From the NCBI GenBank assembly GCA_964016885.1, contig OZ024742.1:204476001-204540000 (forward strand): 64,000 nucleotides of DNA. The letters run 5' to 3'. The DNA is from Eledone cirrhosa. Lineage: Eukaryota. A program made the position numbers and the translations under genes. Shown one piece after another: positions 11,801-24,989 of this stretch (position 1 is the first letter of the stretch; every line of letters starts with the position of its first letter). The notes beneath the pieces are model-generated. The model did no database searches and was not told where the DNA came from. It saw only the letters and a program-made list of their open reading frames with translations.

Positions 11801-14800
11801 TGTAATGACTGTTATGTATTGGTGTACTGTCACCGGTGTAATGACAGTTATGTATTGGTGTACTGTCACAGACTAGTTTAATGACTGTTATGTATTGGTG
11901 TACTGTCACTGACTGGTGTAATGACTGTTATGTATTGGTGTACTGTCACTGACTGGTGTAATGACTGTTATGTATTGGTGTACTGTCACTGGTGTAATGA
12001 CTGTTATGTATTGGTGTACTGTCACTGACTGGTGTAATGACTGTTATGTATTGGTGTACTGTCACTGCTGTAATGACTGTTATGTATTGGTGTACTGTCA
12101 CTGGTGTAATGACTGTTTTTATATTGGTGTACTGACACTGGTGTAATGACTGTTATGTATTGGTGTACTGTATCTGGTGTAATGACTGTTATGTATTGGT
12201 GTACTGTCTCTGCTGTAATGACTGTTATGTATTGGTGTACAGTCACTGACTGGTGTAATGACTGTTATGTATTGGTGTACTGTCACTGGTGTAATGACTG
12301 TTATGTATTGGTGTACTGTCACTGGTGTAATGACAGTTATGTATTGGTGTACTGTCACTGGTGTAATGACTGTTATGTATTGGTGTACTGTCACTGGTGT
12401 AATGACTGTTATGTATTGGTGTACTGTCACTGACTGCTGTAATGACTGTTATGTATTGGTGTACTGTCACTGACTGGTGTAATGACTGTTATGTATTGGT
12501 GTACTGTCACTGGTGTAATGACAGTTATGTATTGGTGTACTGTCACAGACTAGTTTAATGACTAGTATGTATTGGTGTACTGTCACTGGTGTAATGACAG
12601 TTATGTATTGGTGTACTGAAACAGACTAGTTTAATGACTGTTTTGTATTGGTGTACTGTCACTGACTGGTGTAATGACTGTTATGTATTGGTGTACTGTC
12701 ACTGACTAGTTTAATGACTATTATGTATTGGTGTACTGTCACTGACTGGTGTAATGACTGTTATGTATTGGTGTACTGTCACTGGTGTAATGACTGTTAT
12801 GTATTAGTGTACTGTCACTGGCGTAATGACTGTTATGTATTGGTGTACTGTCACAGACTGGTGTAATGACTGTTATGTATTGGTGTACTGTCACTGGTGT
12901 AATGTCAGTTATGCATTGGTGTACTGTCTCTGGTGTAATGACTGTTATGTATTGGTGTACTGTCACTGGTGTACTGGCTGTTATGTATTGGCGTACTGTC
13001 ACTGGTGTAATGACTGTTATGTATTGGTGTACTGTCACTGGTGTAATGACTGTTATGTATTGGCGTACTGTCACTGGTGTAATGACTGTTATGTATTGGT
13101 GTACTGTCACTGGTGTAATGACTGTTATGTATTGGCGTACTGTCACTGGTGTAATGACTGTTATGTATTGGTGTACTGTCACTGGTGTAATGACTGTTAT
13201 GTATTGGTGTACTGTCACTGGTGTAATGACTGTTATGTATTGGTGTACTGTCTCTGGTGTAATGACTGTTATGTATTGGTGTACTGTCACCGACTGGTGT
13301 AATGACTGTTATGTATTGGTGTACTGTCTCTGGTGTAATGACTGTTATGTATTGGTGTACTGTCACTGGTGTAATGACTGTTATGTATTGGTGTACTGTC
13401 ACTGGTGTAATGACTGTTATGTATTGGTGTACTGTCACTGGTGTAATGACTGTTATGTATTGGTGTACTGTCACTGGTGTAATGACTGTTATATATTGGT
13501 GTACTGTCACTGGTGTAATGACTGTTATATATTGGTGTACTGTCACTGGTGTAATGACTGTTATGTATTGGTGTTCGGTCACTGGTGTAATGACTGTTAT
13601 ATATTGGTGTACTGTCACTGACTGGTGTAATGACAGTTATGTATTGGTGTACTGTCACTAACTGGTTTAATGACTGTTATGTATTGGTGTACTGTCACTA
13701 ACTGGTGTAATGACTGTTATGTATTGGTGTACTGTCGCTGGTGTAATGACTGTTATATATTGGTGGACTGACACTGGTGTAATGACTGTTATGTATTGGT
13801 GTTCTGTCACTGGTGTAATTACTGTTATGTATTGGTGTACTGTCACTGGTGTAATGACTGTTATGTATTGGCGTACTGTCGCGTGTGTAATGACTGTTAT
13901 ATATTGCTGAACTGTCACTGACTGGTGTAATGACTGTTATGTATTGGTGAACTGTCACTGGTGTAATGACTGTTATGTATTGGTGTACTGTCACTGGTGT
14001 AATGACTGTTATGTATTGGTGTACTGTCACTGACTGATATAATGACTGTTATGTATTGGTGTACTGTCACTGACTGGTGTAATGACTGTTATGTATTGGT
14101 GTACTGTCACTGGTGTAATGACTGTTATGTATTTGTGTGCTATCACTGACTGGTGTAATGACTGTTATGTATTGGTGTACTGTCACTGACTGCTGTAATG
14201 ACTGTTATGTATTGGTGTACCGTCACTGACTGGTGTAATGACTGTTATGTATTGGAGTACTGTCTCTGGTGTAATGACTGTTATGTATTGGTGTAGTGTC
14301 CCTGGTGTAATGACTGTTATGTATTGGTGTACTGTCTTTGCTGTAATGACTGTTATGTATTTGTGTACTTTCACTGGTGTAATGACTGTTATGTATTGCT
14401 GTACTGTCACTGACTGGTGTAATGACTGTTATGTATTGTTACTGTCTCTGGTGTAATGACTGTTATGTATTGGTACTGTCTCTGGTGTAATGACTGTTAT
14501 GTATTGGTGTACTGTCTCTGGTGTAATGACTGTTATGTATTCGTGTACTGTCACTGGTGTAATGACTGTTATGTATTGCTGTACTGTCACAGACTGGTGT
14601 AATGACTGTTATGTATTGGTGTACTGTCACTGGTGTAATGATTGTTATGTATTGGTGTACTGTCACTGACTGGTGTAATGACTGTTATGTATTGGTGTAC
14701 TGTCATTGACTGGTGTAATGACTGTTATGTATTGGTGTACTGTCACTGGTGTAATGACAGTTATGTATTGGTGTACTGTCACAGACTAGTTTAATGACTG

Positions 14801-15040
14801 TTATGTATTGGTGTACTGTCACTGACTGGTGTAATGACTGTTATGTATTGGTGTACTGTCACTTACTGGTGTAATGACTGTTATGTATTGGTGTACTGTC
14901 ACTGGTGTAATGACAGTTATGTATTGGTGTACTGTCACAGACTAGTTTAATGACTGTTATGTATTGGTGTACTGTCACTGACTGGTGTAATGACTGTTAT
15001 GTATTGGTGTACTGTCACTGACTGGTGTAATGACTGTTAT
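8900..15040 (+). repeat. Direct tandem duplication of a 3069-bp block (~8900-11970 and ~11970-15040)
   Basis: ORF pairs 8953/12022, 9670/12739, 10598/13667 and 11394/14463 are all offset by 3069. Both copies share a +1 T run (9047-9051 / 12116-12120) and two 2-bp deletions (tattgttact, tattggtact; ~11366-11410 / ~14435-14480), which accounts for 3069 = 3072 - 3. Confidence 0.95.
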
Positions 15041-15699
15041 GTATTGGTGTACTGTCACTGGTGTAATGACTGTTATGTATTGGTGTATTGTCTCTGGTGT
15101 AATGACTGTTATGTATTGGTGTACTGTCTCTGGTGTAATGATTGTTATGTATTGGTGTACTGTCTCTGGTGTAATGACTGTTATGTATTGGTGTACTGTC
15201 ACTGGTGTAATGATTGTTATGTATTGGTGTACTGTCACTGACTGGTGTAATGACTGTTATGTATTGGTGTACTGTCACTGACTGGTGTAATGACTGTTAT
15301 GTATTGGTGTACTGTCACTGGTGTAATGACAGTTATGTATTGGTGTACTGTCACAAACTAGTTTAATGACTGTTATGTATTGGTGTACTGTCACTGACTG
15401 GTGTAATGACTGTTATGTATTGGTGTACTGTCACTGACTGGTGTAATGACTGTTATGTATTGGTGTACTGTCACTGGTGTAATGACTGTTATGTATTGGT
15501 GTATTGTCTCTGGTGTAATGACTGTTATGTATTGGTGTACTGTCTCTGGTGTAATGACTGTTATGTATTGGTGTACTGTCTCTGCTGTAATGACTGTTAT
15601 GTATTGGTGTACTGTCTCTGGTGTAATGACTGTTATGTATTGGTGTACTGTCACAGACTGGTGTAATGACTGTTATGTATTGGTGTACTGTCACGGACT

Positions 15700-17100
15700 G
15701 GTGTAATGACTGTTAAGTATTGATGTACTGTCACTGGTGTAGTGACTGTTATGTAGTGGTGTACTGTCACTGACTGGTGTAATGACTGTTATGTAGTGGT
15801 GTACTGTCACTGACTGGTGTAATGACTGCTATGTATTGGTGTACTGTCACTGACTGGTGTAATGACTGTTATGTATTGGTGTACTGTCGCTGGTGTAATG
15901 ACTGTTATATATTGGTGTACTGACACTGGTGTAATGACTGTTATGTATTGGTGTTCTGTCACTGGTGTAATTACTGTTATGTATTGGTGTACTGTCACTG
16001 GTGTAATGACTGTTATATATTGGTGTACTGTCACTGACTGGTGTAATGACTGTTATGTATTGGTCTACTGTCACTGGTGTAATGACTGTTATATATTGCT
16101 GAACTGTCACTGACTGGTGTAATGACTGTTATGTATTGGTGAACTGTCACTGGTGTAATGACTGTTATGTATTGGTGTACTTTCACTGGTGTAATGACTG
16201 TTATGTATTGGTGTACTGTCACTGACTGGTGTAATGACTGTTATGTATTAGTGTATTGTCTCTGGTGTAATGACTGTTATGTATTTGTGTACTGTTACTG
16301 ACTGATATAATGACTGTTATGTATTGGTGTACTGTCACTGACTGGTGTAATGACTGTTATGTATTGGTGTAATGTCACTGGTGTAATGACTGTTATGTAT
16401 TTGTGTGCTATCACTGACTGGTGTAATGACTGTTATGTATTGGTGTACTGTCACTGACTGCTGTAATGACTGTTATGTATTGGTGTACCGTCACTGACTG
16501 GTGTAATGACTGTTATGTATTGGTGTACTGTCTCTGGTGTAATGACTGTTATGTATTGGTGTAGTGTCTCTGGTGTAATGACTGTTATGTATTGGTGTAC
16601 TGTCTTTGCTGTAATGACTGTTATGTATTTGTGTACTTTCACTGGTGTAATGACTGTTATGTATTGCTGTACTGTCACTGACTGATGTAATGACTGTTAT
16701 GTATTGTTACTGTCTCTGGTGTAATGACTGTTATGTATTGGTACTGTCTCTGGTGTAATGACTGTTATGTATTGGTGTACTGTCTCTGGTGTAATGACTG
16801 TTATGTATTCGTGTACTGTCACTGGTGTAATGACTGTTATGTATTGGTGTACTGTCACTGGTGTAATCATTGTTATGTATTGGTGTACTGTCACTGACTG
16901 GTGTAATGACTGTTATGTATTGGTGTACTGTCACTGACTGGTGTAATGACTGTTATGTATTGGTGTACTGTCACTGGTGTAATGACAGTTATGTATTGGT
17001 GTACTGTCACAGACTAGTTTAATGACTGTTATGTATTGGTGTACTGTCACTGACTGGTGTAATGACTGTTATGTATTGGTGTACTGTCACTGGTGTAATG
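15700..17100 (+). repeat. Older, diverged third copy of the ~10.6-11.9 kb / ~13.7-15.0 kb variant-rich segment
   Basis: Same rare markers in the same order (gtcgctgg, tgctgaactg, gactgatataa, ttgtgtgctatc, gtctttgctg, and the two 2-bp deletions at ~16700-16745), with several differences. ORF 14183 vs 16451 is offset by 2268. Confidence 0.85.
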
Positions 17101-18049
17101 ACAGTTATGTATTGGTGTACTGTCACAGACTAGTTTAATGACTGTTATGTATTGGTGTACTGGCACTGACTGGTGTAATGACTGTTATGTATTGGTGTAA
17201 TGTCACTGACTGGTGTAATGACTGTTATGTATTGGTGTACTGTCACTGGTGTAATGATTGTTATGTATTGGTGTACTGTCTCTGGTGTAATGACTGTTAT
17301 GTATTGGTGTACTGTCACTGGTGTAATGATTGTTATGTATTGGTGTACTGTCACTGACTGCTGTAATGACTGTTATGTATTGGTGTACTGTCACTGACTG
17401 GTGTAATGACTGTTATGTATTGGTGTACTGTCACTGGTGTAATGACAGTTATGTATTGGTGTACTGTCACAAACTAGTTTAATGACTGTTATGTATTGGT
17501 GTACTGTCACTGACTGGTGTAATGACTGTTATGTATTGGTGTACTGTCACTGGTGTAATGACAGTTATGTATTGGTGTACTGTCACAAACTAGTTTAATG
17601 ACTGTTATGTATTGGTGTACTGTCACTGACTGGTGTAATGACTGTTATGTATTGGTGTACTGTCACTGACTGGTGTAATGACTGTTATGTATTGGTATAC
17701 TGTCACTGGTGTAATGACAGTTATGTATTGGTGTATTGTCTCTGGTGTAATGACTGTTATGTATTGGTGTACTGTCTCTGGTGTAATGACTGTTATGTAT
17801 TGGTGTACTGTCTCTGCTGTAATGACTGTTATGTATTGGTGTACTCTCTCTGGTGTAATGACTGTTATGTATTGGTGTACTGTCACAGACTGGTGTAATG
17901 ACTGTTATGTATTGGTGTACTGTCACGGACTGGTGTAATGACTGTTATGTATTGGTGTAGTGTCACTGACTGGTGTAATTACTGTTATGTTTTGGTGTAC
18001 TGTCACTGACTGGTGTAATGACTGTTATGTATTGGTGTACTGTCACTCA

Positions 18050-21000
18050 CTGATGTAATGACTGTTATGTATTGGTGTACTGTCACTGACTGGTGTAATG
18101 ACTGTTATGTATTGATGTACTGTCACTGGGGTAATGACTGTTATGTATTGGTGTACTGTCACTGACTGGTGTAATGACTGTTATGTATTGATGTACTGTC
18201 ACTGACTGGTGTAATGACTGTTATGTATTGGTGTACTGTCACTGACTGGTGTAATGACTGTTATGTATTGGTGTACTGTCTCTGGTGTAATGACTGTTAT
18301 GTATTGGTGTAGTGTCACTGTTGTAATGTCTGTTATGTATTGGTGTACTGTCACTGGTGTAATGACTGTTATGTATTGATGTACTGTCACTGGTGTAATG
18401 ACTGTTATGTATTGGTGTACTGTCACTGACTGGTGTAATGACTGTTATATATTGGTGTACTGTCACTGACTGGTGTAATGATTGTTATGTATTGGTGTAC
18501 TGTCACTGACTGGTGTAATGACTGTTATGTATTGGTGTACTGTCACTGACTGGTGTAATGACTGTTATGTATTGGTGTACTGTCACTGACTGGTGTAATG
18601 ACTGTTATGTATTTGTGTACTGTCACTGACTGGTCTAATGACTGTTTTGTATAGGTGTACTGTCACTGACTGGTGTAATGACTGTTATATATTGGTGTAC
18701 TGTCACTGGTGTAATGACTGTTATGTATTGGTGTTCTGTCACTGGTGTAATAACTGTTATGTATTGGTGTACTGTCTCTGACTGGTGTAATGACTGTTAT
18801 GTATTGGTGTACTGTCACTGACTGATGTAATGACTGTTATGTATTGGTGTACTGTCACTGACTGGTGTAATGACTGTTATGTATTGGTGTACTGTCACTG
18901 GTGTAATGACTGTTATGTATTGGTGTACTGTCACTGACTGGTGTAATGACTGTTATGTATTGATGTACTGTCACTGACTGGTGTAATGACTGTTATGTAT
19001 TGGTGTACTGTCACTGACTGGTGTAATGACTGTTATGTATTGGTGTACTGTCACTGACTGGTGTAATGACTGTTATGTATTGGTGTACTGTCACTGACTG
19101 GTGTAATGACTGTTATATATTGGTGTACTGTCTCTGGTGTAATGACTGTTATGTATTGGTGTACTGTCACTGACTGGTGTAATGACTGTTATATATTGGT
19201 GTACTGTCACTGGTGTAATGACTGTTATGTATTGGTGTTCTGTCACTGTTGTAATGACTGTTATGTATTGGTGTACTGTCTCTGACTGGTGTAATGACTG
19301 TTATGTACTGGTGTACTGTCACTGACTGATGTAATGACTGTTATGTATTGGTGTACTGTCACTGACTGGTGTAATGACTGTTATGTATTGGTGTACTGTC
19401 ACTGGTGTAATGACTGCTATGTATTGGTGTACTGTCACTGTCTGGTGTAATGACTGTTATATATTGGTGTACTGTCACTGACTGGTGTAATGACTGTTAT
19501 GTATTGGTGTACTGTCTCTGGTGTAATGACTGTTATGTATTGGTGTACTGTCACTGGTGTAATGACTGTTATGTATTGGTGTACTGTCACTGGTGTAATG
19601 ACTGTTATGTATTGGTGTACTGTCACTGACTGGTGTAATGTCTGTTATTTATTGGTGTACTGTCACTGACTGATGTAATTACTGTTATGTATTGGTGTAC
19701 TGTCACTGGTGTAATGACTGTTATGTATTGGTGTACTGTCACTGACTGGTGTAATGACTGTTATGTATTGGTGTACTGTCTCTGGTGTAATGACTGTTAT
19801 GTATTGGTGTACTGTCACTGGTGTAATGACTGTTATGTATCGGTGTACTGTCACTGGTGTAATGACTGTTATGTATTGGTGTACCGTCACTGACTGGTGT
19901 AATGACTGTTATTTATTGGTGTACTGTCACTGACTGATGTAATGACTGTTGTGTATTGGTGTACTGTCTCTGTTGTAATGACTGTTATATAATGGTGTAC
20001 TGTCTCTGGTGTAATGACTGTTATGTATTGGTGTACTGTCACTGGTGTAATGACAGTTATGTATTGGTGTACTGTCACTGGTGTAATGACTGTTATGTAT
20101 TGGTATACTGTCACTGGTGTAATGACTATTATGTATTGGTGTACTGTCACTGACTGGTGTAATGACTGTTATGTATTGGTGTACTGTCACTGGCTGGTGT
20201 AATGACTGTTATATATTGGTGTACTGTCACTGGTGTAATGACTGTTGTGTATTGGTGTACTGTCACTGGTTTAATGACTGTTATGTATTGGTGTACTGTC
20301 ACTGGTGTAATGACTGTTATGTATTGGTGTACTGTCACTGACTGGTGTAATGAATGTTATGTATTGGTGTACTGTCACTGGTGTAATGACTGTTATGTTT
20401 TGGTGTACTGTCTCTGGTGTAATGACTGTTATATATTGGTGTACTGTCACTGGTGTAATGACTGTTATGTATTGGTGTACTGTCACTGGTGTAATGACTG
20501 TTATGTATTGGTGTACTGTCACTGGTGTAATGACTGTTATGTATTGGTGTACTGTCACTGACTGGTGTAATGACTGTTATGTATTGATGTACTGTCACTG
20601 ACTGGTGTAATGACTGTTATGTATTGGTGTACTGTCACTGACTGGTGTAATGACTGTTATGTATTGGTGTACTGTCTCTGGTGTAATGACTGTTATGTAT
20701 TGGTGTACTGTCACTGGTGTAATGACTGTTATGTATTGGTGTACTGTCACTGGTGTAATGACTGTTATGTATTGATGTACTGTCACTGGTGTAATGACTG
20801 TTATGTATTGGTGTACTGTCACTGACTGGTGTAATGACTGTTATATATTGGTGTACTGTCACTGACTGGTGTAATGACTGTTATGTATTGGTGTACTGTC
20901 ACTGACTGGTGTAATGACTGTTATGTATTGGTGTACTGTCACTGACTGGTGTAATGACTGTTATGTATTGGTGTACTGTCACTGACTGGTGTAATGACTG

Positions 21001-22870
21001 TTATGTATTGGTGTACTGTCTCTGACTGGTGTAATGACTGTTATGTATTGGTGTACTGTCACTGACTGATGTAATGACTGTTATGTATTGGTGTACTGTC
21101 ACTGACTGGTGTAATGACTGTTATGTATTGGTGTACTGTCACTGGTGTAATGACTGTTATGTATTGGTGTACTGTCACTGACTGGTGTAATGACTGTTAT
21201 GTATTGATGTACTGTCACTGACTGGTGTAATGACTGTTATGTATTGGTGTACTGTCACTGACTGGTGTAATGACTGTTATGTATTGGTGTACTGTCACTG
21301 ACTGGTGTAATGACTGTTATGTATTGGTGTACTGTCACTGACTGGTGTAATGACTGTTATATATTGGTGTACTGTCTCTGGTGTAATGACTGTTATGTAT
21401 TGGTGTACTGTCACTGACTGGTGTAATGACTGTTATATATTGGTGTACTGTCACTGGTGTAATGACTGTTATGTATTGGTGTTCTGTCACTGTTGTAATG
21501 ACTGTTATGTATTGGTGTACTGTCTCTGACTGGTGTAATGACTGTTATGTACTGGTGTACTGTCACTGACTGATGTAATGACTGTTATGTATTGGTGTAC
21601 TGTCACTGACTGGTGTAATGACTGTTATGTATTGGTGTACTGTCACTGGTGTAATGACTGTTATGTATTGGTGTACTGTCACTGTCTGGTGTAATGACTG
21701 TTATGTATTGGTGTACTGTCACTGACTGGTGTAATGACTGTTATGTATTGGTGTACTGTCTCTGGTGTAATGACTGTTATGTATTGGTGTACTGTCACTG
21801 GTGTAATGACTGTTATGTATTGGTGTACTGTCACTGGTGTAATGACTGTTATGTATTGGTGTACTGTCACTGACTGGTGTAATGTCTGTTATTTATTGGT
21901 GTACTGTCACTGACTGATGTAATTACTGTTATGTATTGGTGTACTGTCACTGGTGTAATGACTGTTATGTATTGGTGTACTGTCACTGACTGGTGTAATG
22001 ACTGTTATGTATTGGTGTACTGTCACTGACTGGTGTAATGACTGTTATGTATTGGTGTACTGTCACTGGTGTAATGACTGTTATGTATTGGTGTACTGTC
22101 ACTGGTGTAATGACTGTTATGTATTGGTGTACTGTCACTGGTGTAATGACTGTTATGTATTGGTGTACCGTCACTGACTGGTGTAATGACTGTTATTTAT
22201 TGGTGTACTGTCACTGACTGATGTAATGACTGTTGTGTATTGGTGTACTGTCTCTGTTGTAATAACTGTTATATAATGATGTACTGTCTCTGGTGTAATG
22301 ACTGTTATGTATTGGTGTACTGTCACTGGTGTAATGACTGTTATGTATTGGTGTACTGTCACTGGTGTAATGACTGTTATGTATTGGTATACTGTCACTG
22401 GTGTAATGACTGTTATGTATTGGTGTACTGTCACTGACTGGTGTAATGACTGTTATGTATTGGTGTACTGTCACTGGCTGGTGTAATGACTGTTATATAT
22501 TGGTGTACTGTCACTGGTGTAATGACTGTTGTGTATTGGTGTACTGTCACTGGTTTAATGACTGTTATGTATTGGTGTACTGTCACTGGTGTAATGACTG
22601 TTATGTATTGGTGTACTGTCACTGACTGGTGTAATGACTGTTATGTATTGGTGTACTGTCACTGGTGTAATGACTGTTATGTTTTGGTGTACTGTCTCTG
22701 GTGTAATGACTGTTATATATTGGTGTACTGTCACTGGTGTAATGACTGTTATGTATTGGTGTACTGTCACTGGTGTAATGACTGTTATGTATTGGTGTAC
22801 TGTCACTGGTGTAATGACTGTTATGTATTGGTGTACTGTCACTGACTGGTGTAATGACTGTTATGTATTG
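18050..22870 (+). repeat. Imperfect tandem duplication with ~2.25-2.4 kb period (~18.1-20.55 kb vs ~20.55-22.87 kb)
   Basis: ORF pairs 18199/20595 (2396), 19435/21679 (2244) and 19887/22171 (2284). Shared markers include gtactggtg, cactgtctgg, aatgtctgttattt and cactggctgg. Offsets differ by whole monomers. Confidence 0.85.
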
Positions 22871-24989
22871 GTGTAATGTCACTGAGGGGTGTAATGACTG
22901 TTATGTATTGGTGTACTGTCACTGACTGGTGTAATGACTGTTATATATTGGTGTACTGTCTCTGGTGTAATGACTGTTATGTATTGGTGTACTGTCACTG
23001 ACTGGTGTAATGACTGTTATATATTGGTGTACTGTCACTGACTGATGTAATGACTGTTGTGTATTGGTGTACTGTCTCTGGTGTAATGACTGTTATATAA
23101 TGGTGTACTGTCTCTGGTGTAATGACTGTTATGTATTGGTGTACTGTCACTGGTGTAATGACTGTTATGTATTGGTGTACTGTCACTGGTGTAATGACCG
23201 TTATGTATTGGTATACTGTCACTGGTGTAATGACTGTTATGTATTGGTGTACTGTCACTGGCTGGTGTAATGACTGTTATGTATTGGTGTACTGTCACTG
23301 GTGTAATGACTGTTATGTATTGGTGTACTGTCACTGGTTTAATGACTGTTATGTATTGGTGTACTGTCATTGGTGTAATGACTGTTATGTATTGGTGTAC
23401 TGTCACTGACTGGTGTAATGACTGTTATGTATTGGTGTACTGTCACTGGTGTAATGACTGTTATGTTTTGGTGTACTGTCTCTGGTGTAATGACTGTTAT
23501 ATATTGGTGTACTGTCACTGGTGTAATGACTGTTATGTATTGGTGTACTGTCACTGGTGTAATGACTGTTATGTATTGGTGTACTGTCACGGACTGGTGT
23601 AATGACTGTTATGTATTGGTGTACTGTCTCTGGTTTAATGACTGTTATATATTGGTGTACTGTCTCTGGTGTAATGACTGTGATGTATTGGTGTACTGTC
23701 ACTGACTGGTGTAATGACTGTTATGTATTGGTGTACTGTCACTGACTGGTGTAATGACTGTTATGTATTGGTGTACTGTCACTGGTGTAATGACTGTTAT
23801 GTATTGGTGTACTGTCACTGGTGTAATGACTGTTATGTATTGGTGTACCGTCACTGACTGGTGTAATGACTGTTATTTATTGGTGTACTGTCACTGGTGT
23901 ACTGACTGTTATGTATTGGTGTACTGTCACTGGTTTAATGACTGTTATGTATTGGTGTACTGTCACTGGTGTAATGACTGTTATGTATTGGTGTACTGTC
24001 ACTGACTGGTGTAATGACTGTTATGTATTAGTGTACTGTCACTGGTGTAATAACTGTTATGTTTTGGTGTACTGTCTCTGGTGTAATGACTGTTATATTT
24101 TGGTGTACTGTCACTGACTGGCGTAACGACTGTTATATATTGGTGTACTGTCACTGACTGGTGTAATGACAGTTATGTATTGGTGTACTGTCTCTGGTGT
24201 AATGACTGTTATGTATTGGTGTACTGTCACTGGTGTAATGACTGTTATGAATTGGTGTACTTTCACTGGTGTAATGACTGTTATGTATTGGTGTACTGTC
24301 ACTGGTGTAATGAGTGTTATGTATTGGTGTACTGTCACTGACTGTTGTAATGACTGTTATGTATTGGTGTACTGTCTCTGGTGTAATGACTGTTATGTAT
24401 TGCTGTACTGTCTCTGGTGTAATGACTGTGATGTATTGGTGTACTGTCACTGACTGGTGTAATGACTGTTATATATTGGTGTACCGTCACTGGTGTAATG
24501 ACTGTTATGTATTGGTGTACTGTCTCTGGTGTAATGACTGTTATGTATTGGTGTACTGTCACTGACTGGTGTAATGACTGTTATGTATTGGTGTACTGTC
24601 ACTGACTGGTGTAATGACTGTTATGTATTGGTGTACTGTCACTGACTGGTGTAATGACTGTTATGTATTGGTGTACTGTCACTGGTGTAATGACTGTTAT
24701 GTATTGGTGTACTGTCACTGTCTGGTGTAATGACTGTTATGTATTGGTGTACTGTCACTGACTGGTGTAATGACTGTTATGTATTGGTGTACTGTCTCTG
24801 GTGTAATGACTGTTATGTATTGGTGTACTGTCACTGGTGTAATGACTGTTATGTATTGGTGTACTGTCACTGGTGTAATGACTGTTATGTATTGGTGTAC
24901 TGTCACTGACTGGTGTAATGTCTGTTATTTATTGGTGTACTGTCACTGACTGATGTAATTACTGTTATGTATTGGTGTACTGTCACTGG

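Noticed and set aside
22870-22895. Unique odd junction gtaatgtcactgaggggtgt
   Set aside because: It is a single occurrence of clustered substitutions with no length change. It could be a local mutation or a sequencing error, and there is no evidence of an insertion or target-site duplication.
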